From Thermodesulfobacteriota bacterium (GTDB lineage: Bacteria; Desulfobacterota_D; UBA1144; Nemesobacterales; Mycalebacteriaceae), in the NCBI GenBank assembly GCA_965205855.1, contig OZ242184.1, positions 224,001-288,000 on the forward strand: a stretch of DNA of 64,000 nucleotides, written 5' to 3'. The position numbers and the translations under genes were made by a program. Each line of letters starts with the position of its first letter. Position 1 is the stretch's first letter. Below are positions 29,624-39,819 of the stretch, one piece after another. The notes beneath the pieces are model-generated. The model searched no databases. It was not told the DNA's origin and was given only the letters and a program-made list of their open reading frames with translations.

Positions 29624-31540
29624 ATGAGAAACAGGAAATCACACAATGTTATCGTTATCGGCGGCGGTCATGCCGGTTGTGAAGCCGCGCTCGCATCGGC
29701 GCGCATGGGGCGCAAAACGCTTCTGCTTACGGCAAACATAGACACAATCGGGGTTATGTCCTGCAACCCTTCAATCGGCGGGGTTGGCAAGGGGCATATT
29801 GTCAGAGAAATAGACGCTCTCGGCGGAGAAATGGCAAAAGCCGCGGACGCAAGCGCGATTCAATACAGAACGCTCAACACCCGTAAAGGCGCGGCAGTGC
29901 GCGCCACACGCTCGCAAGCCGACAGACAGGTCTACAGAACTTATATGCGCGCGGCGCTTGAAGGGTGCGAAAATCTTGAGATTAAACAGAGGATGATTGA
30001 CGGATTTATCCTTTCCGCGGGAGCGGTTGAAGGTGTGAAGACAAGTCTCGGCGAAAGTTTTTTCACAGACGCCGTGGTTGTAACTCCGGGAACCTTTCCA
30101 AACGGGCTTATTCATATGGGCAATGAGTGCTCCGCTGCGGGACGCGCGGGAGAAGGCGCGGCGGTTGCTATTTCAAGGTCTTTTGCGGATATGGGACTTG
30201 AAATGGGCAGGCTCAAAACCGGAACCCCGCCCCGTTTTGACGGAAGAACAATCCGCTGGGAGGCGCTTGCCGAACAGAAGGGCGATGAAAACCCGAGGCC
30301 TTTTTCCTTCTCCAACAGTCGCACGGAAATTGACCAGATGTCTTGTTACATAACGCATACGAATGAGAAAACCCATGATGTGATAAGAAAAAACCTTTCC
30401 CGCTCGCCGCTTTATTCGGGAGTCATAAGCGGAGTCGGCCCCCGTTACTGCCCGTCTGTTGAAGACAAGGTGGTAAAATTCCCCGACAAGACCGCGCATC
30501 AGATATTTCTTGAGCCGGAGGGCAGAAATACCTACGAAATCTATCCCAACGGCATATCCACAAGCCTCCCGCTTGATGTGCAGATTGAGATGGCAAGAAC
30601 TGTTGAGGGACTTGAGCAAGTTGAAATAATGCGTCCCGGATATGCGGTGGAATACGATTTTGTCAAACCTACTCAGTTGAGTTCATCGCTTGAGTGCAAA
30701 CGCGCTCGCGGGCTTTTCTTCGCGGGGCAGGTGAACGGAACAACCGGATATGAGGAAGCCGCCGGGCAGGGAATTGTGGCGGGAATAAACGCCGCGCTTT
30801 TCTCTCGCGGAGACGCACCTTTTGTTCTTGAGCGCTCGGACGCCTACATAGGGATTATGGTAGACGACCTTGTTACAAAAGGGGTTGACGAGCCATACAG
30901 AATGTTTACATCAAGGGCGGAATACCGGCTTGTGCTGCGCGAAGACAACGCGGACATGAGACTTACGGAAAAAGCTTACAAAGCGGGTCTCGTAACCGAC
31001 GTGTGCCATGAAAAACTTGTTGCGAAGAAAGAGTCTCTCAAAAAAGAGCTGGAGAGGCTGAAAATGACAAAGGAAGTTCCGGGCGGGCGAGCGGACATTA
31101 AGCTCCGGCAGTTAAATTCACCATCGCTGAAAAAGCCGCACACGCTTGCTGAAATTCTCAGAAGGCCGGCAATAACATACGCGCAGCTCGCGCTTTTTGA
31201 CCCTTTTTCGGCGGAGATTGCCGGCACCGATGTAGCGGCGCAGGCGGAGATGCATGTGAAATACGAGGGGTATGTGAAGATGCAGGCGGAGCAGATCAAT
31301 AAATTCAAAAAATTTGAGCGGATGTCAATTCCGCGCGCCTTTGACTACTCACAAGTGCCCGGCCTTTCGCGGGAGGTTGTTCAGAAACTTTCAGAGACAA
31401 GACCCCGCTCACTCGGACAGGCGGGAAGAATATCGGGAATAACACCGGCGGCCGTCTCGGTTCTCATGCTACACTTAAGCAGAGCCGCAGCGAGGGAAGG
31501 CGGTCAGGTTGCCTCTGTTTCCACCTCTTCATCGTTGTAG
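29624..31540 (+). CDS. mnmG: tRNA uridine-5-carboxymethylaminomethyl modification enzyme
   Basis: GGGHAGCEAA, MSCNPSIGG, RLKTGTPPR, GPRYCPSVEDK, GQVNGTTGYEEAA. Confidence 0.97.
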   Translation: MRNRKSHNVIVIGGGHAGCEAALASARMGRKTLLLTANIDTIGVMSCNPSIGGVGKGHIVREIDALGGEMAKAADASAIQYRTLNTRKGAAVRATRSQADRQVYRTYMRAALEGCENLEIKQRMIDGFILSAGAVEGVKTSLGESFFTDAVVVTPGTFPNGLIHMGNECSAAGRAGEGAAVAISRSFADMGLEMGRLKTGTPPRFDGRTIRWEALAEQKGDENPRPFSFSNSRTEIDQMSCYITHTNEKTHDVIRKNLSRSPLYSGVISGVGPRYCPSVEDKVVKFPDKTAHQIFLEPEGRNTYEIYPNGISTSLPLDVQIEMARTVEGLEQVEIMRPGYAVEYDFVKPTQLSSSLECKRARGLFFAGQVNGTTGYEEAAGQGIVAGINAALFSRGDAPFVLERSDAYIGIMVDDLVTKGVDEPYRMFTSRAEYRLVLREDNADMRLTEKAYKAGLVTDVCHEKLVAKKESLKKELERLKMTKEVPGGRADIKLRQLNSPSLKKPHTLAEILRRPAITYAQLALFDPFSAEIAGTDVAAQAEMHVKYEGYVKMQAEQINKFKKFERMSIPRAFDYSQVPGLSREVVQKLSETRPRSLGQAGRISGITPAAVSVLMLHLSRAAAREGGQVASVSTSSSL

Positions 31541-31653
31541 AACTCTTCGTGATTTTCAAGCTCCGTGTCGTTGAGCTCAACTTCATCAAATTCGTCCGTT
31601 CCCACATAGGCTGATTCTTCGGGATTCTCAATCAAATTGACCAAATCCTTCAT
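31504..31653 (-). CDS. Putative 49-aa highly acidic microprotein
   Basis: Hand-translated MKDLVNLIENPEESAYVGTDEFDEVELNDTELENHEEFYNDEEVETEAT (19 D/E); in-frame GTG at 31677 also possible. Confidence 0.5.
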   Translation of the reverse strand: MKDLVNLIENPEESAYVGTDEFDEVELNDTELENHEEFYNDEEVETEAT

Positions 31654-31752
31654 TCTCTCATCTTTTGAAAAAACCACCAATCAATCTCTGCTTTTATATT
31701 TTTCGGCCTTTGCGCCGTGTTTCACTCCATAATATTTACGGATGCGAAAAAA

Positions 31753-33861
31753 TCAACCCTTTTTTTTAGAGATTTTAAGAGATGCCACAAACTCTGCGGC
31801 TCCAACCGGAAGACCGCAGGAGCCGTTTTTACATACATAAACCGTTGCTTCGCCGTTTCTCCGCACGCATTCTTTTGCAAATGGCGCGATTACATCAATG
31901 GCCTTGTCGCCCGGTCGTTTGAGCAGCACCGTCCCGCCCGGCTCGTAGTTTTCCGCAAGCGCGTCCGTTACCGTCCTGATTTCATCGTTGTCGTTGCTTC
32001 CGGCGATTACAATCTCAACCGTTTCGCCTGCGGCGGCCTCCAGCGCGGCGAGCAGCATTGTGTGCGAAGACGGAATTTTTTCAACCGACAGCGAATATGA
32101 ACGCGCGGTTTTAAGAGCAATGTCTTCGTATTTCGCATTTCCCGTGATTGCGGAGATTTTCATAAGGTTCATAACCGCGACTGAGTTTCCGCATGGCACC
32201 GCACCGTCGTGAAACTCTTTTTTCCTGACTATCAACTCCTCGCAATCCTTTCGGGTGAAGAAAAAACCGCCTTTTTCGGGGTCTGAAAACAGCCGAATCA
32301 TTTCCTCATTGAGAGACAGAGCGGTTTCAAGCCGTGAGGTTTCAAACCCCGCTTCATAAAGCTCAAGAAGCCCCCATATTGTGAAAACGTAATCGTCCAG
32401 ATGTCCGTCGATTGATGCTTCGCCTTGCCGGAATCTGTGGAGAAGCCCACGCCCGCCGGTCATTTTTTCCGTTATAAAGTCCGCCGCATCCCGCGCCGCG
32501 AGCAGGTATTGGTCTTTCCTGAAAGCGCGCGCGGCTTTGGAAAACGCGGCTATCATCAGACCGTTCCAATCCGCAAGTATTTTGTCGTCCTTGTAAGGCC
32601 TCGGCCGTTTTTCTCTGTGTGCGAAAAGTTTTTTCCGCACCGATTCCAGATATTGCGCCGCTTGTTTTTCCGTTATGCCGAACTGTCCGGCAAGTTCCGG
32701 AATATCCCTTGCCCTGTGGGGGATGTTGGTTCCGGGCATTTTGCCCGAGGCTTCGTCCGTAAAGTTCCCGCCGCTTGAGATTCCGAGCGCTTGTGCCGCC
32801 AAACGCGCCTCGTCGCCGCCGCTGCCGCCGAGTGCGCTGTTGAAGTCCCCCTCGCTCCAGACATAGAATTTCCCCTCCTCCCCTTCGCTGTCCGCATCTT
32901 CGGCGGAAAAAAACGCTCCTTCGCCGGTCATGTCCCTCATCACATATTCCAGAATTTTTTCCGCCCCGTCCCGGTAGATGTTTTTCCCTGTTGCCAGCCA
33001 CACTTCGGTTAGCGCCAGAGAGATGAGCGCCTGGTCGTGGAGCATTTTCTCAAAGTGCGGAACAAGCCAGCGGCGGTCGGTGGAATACCTGTGAAATCCG
33101 CCGCCGATATGGTCGTTTATGCCTCCCTTAATCATCGCGCCGAGGGTTTTTTCCGCCATCTCAAGGGCTTTTGGCTCTCCGGTTCTTTTCCAGTGCCGTA
33201 TGAGAAAAATCAGATTGTGGGGCGTGGGAAATTTCGGAGAATTACCGAATCCTCCGAATGTCGGGTCAAAATTGCCGGCAAGTTGTACAAAGCCGTTCCT
33301 CAGCCATTTCCCCGTATCCGTTTCCCCTTCGGACTGCATGACCTCCTGCGCGTTTCTGATTGCCAGGGTTATTTCCGTTGCGGATTTCTCAATATCCTTT
33401 CTTCTGTCGTGCCACACTCCGCTTATCCGCGGTATGAGATCAACCATTCCCGCCCTGCCGAATTTGTTGTGTTTAGGTATATACGTGGCGGCAAAGAAGG
33501 GTTTTTTACGGGGGGTCATAACGACATTCAGCGGCCATCCGCAATTTCCCTCGGAAACTATCTGGCATACGCTCATGAGAACGCCGTCTATGTCGGGCCT
33601 TTCTTCCCTGTCAACTTTTATTGATACGAAAGCGTTATTCATAAGAGCCGCGACTTCGGTGTTTTCAAATGACTCTTTTTCCATTACATGACACCAGTGG
33701 CAGGTTGAGTATCCGACGGAGACAAAAACGGGTTTGTCTTCACGCGCCGCTTTTTCAAACGCTTCATCGCACCAGGGATACCAGTCCACGGGGTTGGCGG
33801 CGTGCTGTAGAAGATACGGGCTTTTTTCTTTGGAGAGTCTGTTTGTATACTTTTCCGGCAT
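31753..33861 (-). CDS. Thioredoxin-domain protein YyaL/SSP411 (DUF255)
   Basis: [64 protein letters not shown]. Confidence 0.93.
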   Translation of the reverse strand: MPEKYTNRLSKEKSPYLLQHAANPVDWYPWCDEAFEKAAREDKPVFVSVGYSTCHWCHVMEKESFENTEVAALMNNAFVSIKVDREERPDIDGVLMSVCQIVSEGNCGWPLNVVMTPRKKPFFAATYIPKHNKFGRAGMVDLIPRISGVWHDRRKDIEKSATEITLAIRNAQEVMQSEGETDTGKWLRNGFVQLAGNFDPTFGGFGNSPKFPTPHNLIFLIRHWKRTGEPKALEMAEKTLGAMIKGGINDHIGGGFHRYSTDRRWLVPHFEKMLHDQALISLALTEVWLATGKNIYRDGAEKILEYVMRDMTGEGAFFSAEDADSEGEEGKFYVWSEGDFNSALGGSGGDEARLAAQALGISSGGNFTDEASGKMPGTNIPHRARDIPELAGQFGITEKQAAQYLESVRKKLFAHREKRPRPYKDDKILADWNGLMIAAFSKAARAFRKDQYLLAARDAADFITEKMTGGRGLLHRFRQGEASIDGHLDDYVFTIWGLLELYEAGFETSRLETALSLNEEMIRLFSDPEKGGFFFTRKDCEELIVRKKEFHDGAVPCGNSVAVMNLMKISAITGNAKYEDIALKTARSYSLSVEKIPSSHTMLLAALEAAAGETVEIVIAGSNDNDEIRTVTDALAENYEPGGTVLLKRPGDKAIDVIAPFAKECVRRNGEATVYVCKNGSCGLPVGAAEFVASLKISKKKG

Positions 33862-33972
33862 GGTGAAAAAATACCCGTCATTTCTTCGCTGTTCCATTGT
33901 TGCTATGGACTGCTACGGGGCGGACAGTTTATATTGAAGGAAAGTTTGCCGCGTATATAAAGACGAGTTTCC

Positions 33973-34359
33973 ATGAAAGTTTACAAAAAAGCCGGAGTTG
34001 TGGTTCGCAGGCATGTGAAGGGAGGCGAGGATGAGATACTTCTTATCAGCGCGCGCCGTTACGCCGGTTCATGGGTTTTTCCTGCGGGGACTGTTGAAGA
34101 GGGCGAACTTCCGCAACAGGCCGCCGCACGCGAATGCGAGGAGGAAAGCGGCTATACGGTGCAAACCGGAGATGAAATGGGAGTTGTTACGGTTTCCGAA
34201 TCGGACTGGGAGAAAAGGTTTGTTTTTTTCTCCGCGAATGTTACAGGCGAGGTTGAAAGAGAGGAAAAAGACAGGCAGCGCAAGTGGGTGAAGGTCTCCT
34301 CGCTTGAAAATGAGGTTGCCGAAATTTTTATCCCCATAGCACGGGCAGCCTGCCGGTAG
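33973..34359 (+). CDS. NUDIX hydrolase (DIPP/Ap6A-hydrolase-like)
   Basis: ILLISARR..SWVFPAGTVEEGELPQQAAARECEEESG; RQRKW. Confidence 0.85.
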   Translation: MKVYKKAGVVVRRHVKGGEDEILLISARRYAGSWVFPAGTVEEGELPQQAAARECEEESGYTVQTGDEMGVVTVSESDWEKRFVFFSANVTGEVEREEKDRQRKWVKVSSLENEVAEIFIPIARAACR

Positions 34360-34419
34360 AACCGCCCCTTGAGGACTCGTGCCGTTCTGTTAGACTTGGC
34401 GGCAAGCCGGAAAGCCAGT

Positions 34420-35181
34420 ATGGAAAACTACTACACCAGAATCGCCGACAGATACAGAACCTTGCGCACAACGGACAGAGAGCCCGTTGATTTTATGTGC
34501 GGACTGCTTCCCACAACGGGTCGCATTCAAGCCGCCGATATGGGTTGCGGCGTCGGGCGATATGTGAAGCTGATTCTTGAAACTCTGCGGGACAGGGTTT
34601 TTATTTACTGTTTTGACACAAATGAGTATATGCTCAACCGGCTTGAACACCACCTTGCAGAGGAAGGGAAGTCCGGTTTTTCCGCGAAAGTCGCGGATGC
34701 GAGGGAGGTGCCTCTTGAAGATATGTCCCTTGATGCCGTTTTCTGCTTCAACTCCATTCACCACATAGGGATTGTCTCCTTTCTTCGGGAAGTTTCCCGG
34801 ATTCTTAAGCCCGGCGGTTCGTTGTTTGTCTACACAAGGTCAAGAACACAGAACGCTCGCACTGTTTGGGGGCGTTATTTTCCGCTTTTCCGACGCAAGG
34901 AGTCGCGTCTTTACGAGCCGGAGGAGTTTGAATTCAAAGTCGGGAAGTTTCTGGAATTTGAAATTGAGACGGCAAAGACTTTCCTTTACGAACGTAAAAA
35001 CTCAAAGCGTGATCTTATGGAAAAAGCGTCCGAGCACCACTACTCCACCTTTCACTTCTACGAGCCGGAGGAGTTTGACAGGGCTCTCAAATCCTTCAAA
35101 GAAAATCTGGAACGGGAGTTTGAAGGCGATGTGGAATGGGAAGATGAAAAAACCATGTATGTGCTAAAAAAGCGCGCCTGA
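34420..35181 (+). CDS. Class I SAM-dependent methyltransferase
   Basis: ADMGCGVGRY motif I, DAREVPL..SLDAV, RILKPGG. Confidence 0.88.
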   Translation: MENYYTRIADRYRTLRTTDREPVDFMCGLLPTTGRIQAADMGCGVGRYVKLILETLRDRVFIYCFDTNEYMLNRLEHHLAEEGKSGFSAKVADAREVPLEDMSLDAVFCFNSIHHIGIVSFLREVSRILKPGGSLFVYTRSRTQNARTVWGRYFPLFRRKESRLYEPEEFEFKVGKFLEFEIETAKTFLYERKNSKRDLMEKASEHHYSTFHFYEPEEFDRALKSFKENLEREFEGDVEWEDEKTMYVLKKRA

Positions 35182-35190
35182 GCTTTCCGT

Positions 35191-36135
35191 TTATCTTTTC
35201 CCTGTCTCAAGGCACGTCTTTATCGTTCGCGCGAGGTTTTCCATCATTTCAAAATACAGTCCGGTTCCGGGCTCGATGCCGACTCCGATGGGGTCAAGAG
35301 GAACGATTTTTGCATCCGTTCCCTCAACTGCAGCCAGCACAAGTTTGTCTTTAAACTGCGGCTCGCTGAAAACGCAACCGGCTCTGGATTTGCGTATTCT
35401 TGCCCTGATTTCTTTGAGAGTCCGCGCCGACTGAGACATTGCGGGACTTGTGGTTATTGAGCCTACGATGTTCAGTCCGTAGTCGCGCTCAAAATAACCG
35501 TAGGCATCATGGAAAACGGCCAGGGGAGCGTTTTCCATTCCCGCAAATTCCCGTTCGAATTTTTCGTCAAGAGTTCTCAGTTTTTTTATGGTATTACGCG
35601 CATTTGTGTTGTAGGCGTTTTTGTTTTGCGGACTGATTTGGGACATCTGTTTTGTTACGTTTCTTACAATTTTCTCCGCATTTCTGAGTGAAAGCCAGAT
35701 ATGCAGATTGTACTTTCCGTGGTCGTGTTCGTCCGATTCCCAGCTTCCGCCCCGTCTTGATTTCTCAAGACGGATGCCCGAACCGGACGCGACGGAGAAT
35801 TTGCGGATTTTCTCCGGAAGCAAGCGCAGAGCGCCTGTGATAAAAGACTCAAAATTCTCGTCTATGTAGAACACGGCCTTTGCGCCGTACATCTCTTTTA
35901 TATGAGACGGTCTCAGGTCGAAATCATGAGGCGATTTGTTCGCCGGAACAATTAAAACCGTTTTATCGACGCCTTGCGTTACTCCCGCGACAAGTGAATG
36001 TAGCGGCGCTATGGTTACGGCAATCGCACCGGACTGCCGTGCGTATGCTTTATATGTAAGAATTGCTGTGAAAAACCCAATCGCAATCGGGACAATTAAA
36101 ATTCCAAGGATTGTTTTTATCCTGTTGTCTGTCAT
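35191..36135 (-). CDS. znuA: Zinc ABC transporter substrate-binding protein
   Basis: TIAPLHSLV, SPHDFDLRPS, HDHGKYNLHIWL, VFHDAYGYFE, CVFSEPQF, LDPIG. Confidence 0.92.
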   Translation of the reverse strand: MTDNRIKTILGILIVPIAIGFFTAILTYKAYARQSGAIAVTIAPLHSLVAGVTQGVDKTVLIVPANKSPHDFDLRPSHIKEMYGAKAVFYIDENFESFITGALRLLPEKIRKFSVASGSGIRLEKSRRGGSWESDEHDHGKYNLHIWLSLRNAEKIVRNVTKQMSQISPQNKNAYNTNARNTIKKLRTLDEKFEREFAGMENAPLAVFHDAYGYFERDYGLNIVGSITTSPAMSQSARTLKEIRARIRKSRAGCVFSEPQFKDKLVLAAVEGTDAKIVPLDPIGVGIEPGTGLYFEMMENLARTIKTCLETGKR

Positions 36136-36141
36136 AATGTA

Positions 36142-36158
36142 ATGTTATAATATAACAT
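36142..36158. promoter_or_regulatory. Zur box
   Basis: Perfect ATGTTATA-a-TATAACAT palindrome matching the proteobacterial Zur consensus, between divergent znuA and zur. Confidence 0.85.
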
Positions 36159-36187
36159 AAATGGGAGTCAAATCCTCAATTTTGAAT

Positions 36188-36640
36188 ATGAAAAACAGCA
36201 AAGACCGCGGCGGATGCGTTAACAAGACTATTATCATTGTAAAGAAAATATGCGCCGAAAGGGGAATTCGTCTTACGCCCTCAAGAATGCGCGTTATGGA
36301 TATGATTTTGCGTAGTCGCCAGCCGGTAAAGGCGTATGCCATATTGAAGTCTTTTTCCGACTCTTCCGCGCCGCCGACTGTTTACCGGGCTCTGAATTTT
36401 CTAATAGAGAACGGGTTTGTCCACAAAATCGCGAGCTCCTCTTCGTATGTCGCGTGTATTCATCCCGAAAGCCGGCATCCGGAGTGTTTTTTTCTCCTAT
36501 GTTCGGTTTGTGGTAACACAAAGGAATTTTGCGGCGGACTGTCCAAAACCATTGTGGAGGCGATTGGACACGAAGGTTTCGGCAAGGAAAAAATTGTTCT
36601 GGAAGTGCATGGAGTCTGCGCCGGATGCGGCGGAGTTTAG
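36188..36640 (+). CDS. zur: Zinc uptake regulator (Fur family)
   Basis: RLTPSR, KAYAIL, PPTVYRALNFL, VHKI, CSVC and CAGC. Confidence 0.9.
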   Translation: MKNSKDRGGCVNKTIIIVKKICAERGIRLTPSRMRVMDMILRSRQPVKAYAILKSFSDSSAPPTVYRALNFLIENGFVHKIASSSSYVACIHPESRHPECFFLLCSVCGNTKEFCGGLSKTIVEAIGHEGFGKEKIVLEVHGVCAGCGGV

Positions 36641-36642
36641 AT

Positions 36643-37395
36643 ATGGAAACACTTTTAAAAACACACCGTGTTTGTTTTGCGCGGCACGGGGTTGAGATAC
36701 TACGGGATATTTCACTTGAGGTGAAAAAGGGGGACTTCTTGTCCGTTGTGGGTCCCAACGGCGCCGGAAAGACAACGCTGTTAAAAATTCTCACCGGTAT
36801 CTTGCGGCCCGATTCCGGTTCGTGCGAACGCGGTTCGGGGTTGAAGATTGGCTATATGCCTCAGAGGCTTGAAGGAGACGGGGTTATGCCCATTTCGGCG
36901 AAGCGGTTTATAAGCCTTTGCTACGATAAAAACGGGACGGATTTTGATTCGGTCTGCCGGGAGACTGGTGTTTCCAGTGTTCTGGACAGGCCGCTTTACA
37001 ATCTTTCCGGAGGAGAGATGCAGCGCGTCATGCTTGCAAGGGCGCTTATGAACAATCCCGACCTTCTTGTGCTGGATGAGCCCGCCCAGAACCTTGATGT
37101 TTCGGGACAGTTGCATTTTTACAAAGCGCTTCAGGAAATTCACCTCAGGCGCGGTATCGCCATCCTGATGGTTTCCCATGACCTTCACATGGTTATGTCT
37201 TCCACAAAAACGGTTATCTGTCTTTATGTTCATGTCTGTTGCGCGGGCAAGCCGACAACGGTCGTGAAAGATCCTGAATTTATCGCCATCTTAGGCGAGG
37301 AAATGGCGCGACTGATGTCCGTTTATCCTCATTCCCATGACCATGAGCACGCCGGTTCCCATACCGAACCCGCCGTGCGGGAGAACAATGCCTGA
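36643..37395 (+). CDS. znuC: Zinc ABC transporter ATPase
   Basis: GPNGAGKT, LSGGEMQR, LDEP, VSHDLHMVM, HVCC, His-rich tail. Confidence 0.93.
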   Translation: METLLKTHRVCFARHGVEILRDISLEVKKGDFLSVVGPNGAGKTTLLKILTGILRPDSGSCERGSGLKIGYMPQRLEGDGVMPISAKRFISLCYDKNGTDFDSVCRETGVSSVLDRPLYNLSGGEMQRVMLARALMNNPDLLVLDEPAQNLDVSGQLHFYKALQEIHLRRGIAILMVSHDLHMVMSSTKTVICLYVHVCCAGKPTTVVKDPEFIAILGEEMARLMSVYPHSHDHEHAGSHTEPAVRENNA

Positions 37396-38209
37396 ACCTT
37401 TCATACTTCGCGCCTTGGTTGCGGGGGTCGGTGTTGCCATTGTCGCGGGGCTGCTTGGATGTTTTGTAATATGGAGGCGGATGGCTTATTTCGGCGACTC
37501 GCTTGCCCATGCCGCGCTTGCGGGTATTCCTCTCGGTATTCTTATGAAGATAGGAGAAGACTACGGGATTTTATTGGTTGCATCGGTTTTTTCCATTCTG
37601 CTTTTATACATCGGCGGCCACAGTCGTCTTTCCTCGGACGTGGTGCTGGGTATAATCGCGCACTCAACCCTCGCAATCGGAATAGTGGCGGTTTCTCTGA
37701 TCGATTTTTCGGTTTTCAACTTACATTCGGTTCTTTTCGGCGATATTTTAACTGTGGGCACTGCTGACATAGCGCGGATATACATCTGTGCGGCTGTTGT
37801 GATTGTCGTACTGGTATTGAAATGGGATTCTTTCCTGCTTGCTACAATCAACAGGGATTTGGCAAATGCCGAAGGCATCAACACATTCGGGATTAACCTG
37901 CTTCTTGTTTTTCTTATGGCGTTTGTTGTTTCAGTGTCTTTTCAGGTGGTTGGCGTTTTACTTATAACATCGGCCCTGATCATTCCGGCGGCGGCGGCGC
38001 GTATGATTGCCCGTTCGCCAGAATCAATGGCGGTTTTCTCCTGTGCCGTCGGCATGGTGTCCGTTATTGCGGGAATCTATCTTTCCCTTAATTTTGACAC
38101 TCCGTCGGGGCCTTCAATTATTTTGGCGTCAACCGCGCTTTTTGTTTTGTTTTTCACAGCTTCAATACTTTTTGAAAAAGTCTTTCGTAAAAAAAGAAAC
38201 ATTTTTTAA
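37388..38209 (+). CDS. znuB: Zinc ABC transporter permease
   Basis: WRRMAYFGDSLAHAAL, LFGDIL, DTPSGPSII. Confidence 0.93.
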   Translation: MPEPFILRALVAGVGVAIVAGLLGCFVIWRRMAYFGDSLAHAALAGIPLGILMKIGEDYGILLVASVFSILLLYIGGHSRLSSDVVLGIIAHSTLAIGIVAVSLIDFSVFNLHSVLFGDILTVGTADIARIYICAAVVIVVLVLKWDSFLLATINRDLANAEGINTFGINLLLVFLMAFVVSVSFQVVGVLLITSALIIPAAAARMIARSPESMAVFSCAVGMVSVIAGIYLSLNFDTPSGPSIILASTALFVLFFTASILFEKVFRKKRNIF

Positions 38210-38320
38210 TTTTTAACTATGAGAGATATTTTGACGCTTCCGGTTACGTTTTTCTTGTCGTCAACCCTTTTTGCTTTCCCCGTCCGGTGGTGGCGATGAA
38301 AGGCACGGCCATTGATTTCT

Positions 38321-38701
38321 TCAAATGAAGTATCCGACAAGAAACGCGAAAAAGAACCCAACAAGATACAATGCGACTGAAAACACCACAATCACAAGAC
38401 TAAATCTCCGCAGACGCATGCACATCCGCGCCGCCTCCGGCTCTGCGGGGCAGGGAGCGTTCCTCTGCGCATAACGTCCCCAAGCCGCGATTGCGAGCAT
38501 TATTCCCGCGACTGCGAAAACCCATGCCTTATGCTCCGAAAGCCACACAAGTTGCGGAAACGCGCTCACAAGCCCCGCCGTTACTGCTCCGAGACCAATG
38601 CTCACAAGCAGCGCGGGCAGAGCGCAGCAGACAAGAGTTCCCGCCGATGTAAAAAGTGAAAAAAACGGCAAGGTTGCGTCCTTCCAGCCGAAATTTTTCA
38701 T
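38321..38701 (-). CDS. MerT/MerC-like small metal-transport membrane protein
   Basis: TLVCCALPALLVSIGLGA (intramembrane CC), loop CP..C, 3-4 TM. Confidence 0.72.
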   Translation of the reverse strand: MKNFGWKDATLPFFSLFTSAGTLVCCALPALLVSIGLGAVTAGLVSAFPQLVWLSEHKAWVFAVAGIMLAIAAWGRYAQRNAPCPAEPEAARMCMRLRRFSLVIVVFSVALYLVGFFFAFLVGYFI

Positions 38702-39090
38702 TCTGCGTCTCCCGTTCTGTAGCGCGATATGGACACAACTTCATAGCCGGAATCGTTTATCAATTTCCTGATTTTTCCGTCTGGCAGATTTCCCCCCTTT
38801 TTGAGATAAACCGTAACAAATCCGCGCCTGAGATTGACATCCGTTTCCTCAACCACGTCGGTTTTGAGAAAAACCTTGTATATGGAGCGGGCGCAGAAAT
38901 CGCACACAAGCCCGTTGACACGGATGTGAACAATCTCTCCCGCAAGTATGGGTTCTCCCGCCTTTTCAGTGCGCGCGGGTGGCCTGTGGTCGTGTTCTCC
39001 GTATCTGTCATGACCCGCGTTTGCATTTCCGAACGCGATAAAAGCCGCAACCGTAAATATTAAAATTGCTGTTGTTAATTTCATTTTCAT
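38698..39090 (-). CDS. Periplasmic heavy-metal-associated (HMA/MerP-like) protein
   Basis: Signal peptide (ANA|G), His-rich linker GHDRYGEHDH, VNGLVCDFCA, DSGY; GGAGG RBS. Confidence 0.85.
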   Translation of the reverse strand: MKMKLTTAILIFTVAAFIAFGNANAGHDRYGEHDHRPPARTEKAGEPILAGEIVHIRVNGLVCDFCARSIYKVFLKTDVVEETDVNLRRGFVTVYLKKGGNLPDGKIRKLINDSGYEVVSISRYRTGDAE

Positions 39091-39102
39091 TCCTCCTTTT
39101 TA

Positions 39103-39747
39103 TTAAAACCGCCGGATAAAGTTTAGTAGAAAATTCCCCTTGCTTCCGTATCCGACCTCAAGAAGCGACGCGCCCTTGAAAAAGCGCACAAGCGGGGTTA
39201 TTTCCGTCTTGTTTGCACAATTCGCCGTTGGGCAATAAGTAATTTCCGTCATAATCCAGGTATGCAGAGAGCCGTAATCCGCCACATACGGAGCGATTCC
39301 AACTCTCCCCGACTGCCAGAACCGCTTGTCAAACCTTCCCAAACTCCGGGCGCGATTCTCATAGCGGACAAAAAACCTTCTGTTTTCCCAGTCCGCGGAT
39401 ATTCCCGCAAACACCGCGGGAGACAAATCGCCGTTTTTCAACGCCCCGCCGGCTGCGAGTTTGAGATACAAGTTTGCCTGCGAATGGCTCCGGTTGAGTC
39501 GTTTCAGCAGGGAGTTGAGCTGAAAAACCAGTCCTATGGTGTCACGTCCGCGCGCGTGAAATCCCCTCAGCCCGACCGAATGCCGCGCCGAGGGCGAATA
39601 ATGCAGATGAACAGATGTGTTCATCGCGTTATGCATCTGCATTACGGTCCACCCGCCCTTATGGGAAACGGGTCTCCCCCACGCGCCGTGAATCTGAGGC
39701 AGAAAAGCCGCCAATGTGAAAGCGCAAGCTACGCAAAGTTTTTTCAT
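39103..39747 (-). CDS. Exported hypothetical protein, probable outer-membrane beta-barrel
   Basis: Signal peptide, alternating amphipathic strands, terminal Phe (LLNFIRRF), Met/His near N-terminus. Confidence 0.6.
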   Translation of the reverse strand: MKKLCVACAFTLAAFLPQIHGAWGRPVSHKGGWTVMQMHNAMNTSVHLHYSPSARHSVGLRGFHARGRDTIGLVFQLNSLLKRLNRSHSQANLYLKLAAGGALKNGDLSPAVFAGISADWENRRFFVRYENRARSLGRFDKRFWQSGRVGIAPYVADYGSLHTWIMTEITYCPTANCANKTEITPLVRFFKGASLLEVGYGSKGNFLLNFIRRF

Positions 39748-39749
39748 TT

Positions 39750-39819
39750 TTCCTCCGCTTTGAGTTTTGAGTCTGGTGACAAAGCCGTCGTTTAACGACT
39801 TTGAAGTGAAAGCGGGGAA
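39750..39819 (-). promoter_or_regulatory. SD-sequestering intergenic hairpin
   Basis: mRNA UUCCCCGCUUU immediately after the leader stop pairs with AAAGCGGAGGAA (contains the SD); inner stems CAAAG/CUUUG and GUCG/CGAC. Confidence 0.6.

Noticed and set aside
38206-38391. 61-aa ORF or ncRNA between znuB and the MerT-like gene
   Set aside because: The ORF overlaps the permease and has no motifs; no convincing structure or att repeat was seen
38321-39090. Classical mercury-resistance mer operon
   Set aside because: No merA or merR adjacent; the HMA motif is GLVCDFC rather than MerP GMTCAAC
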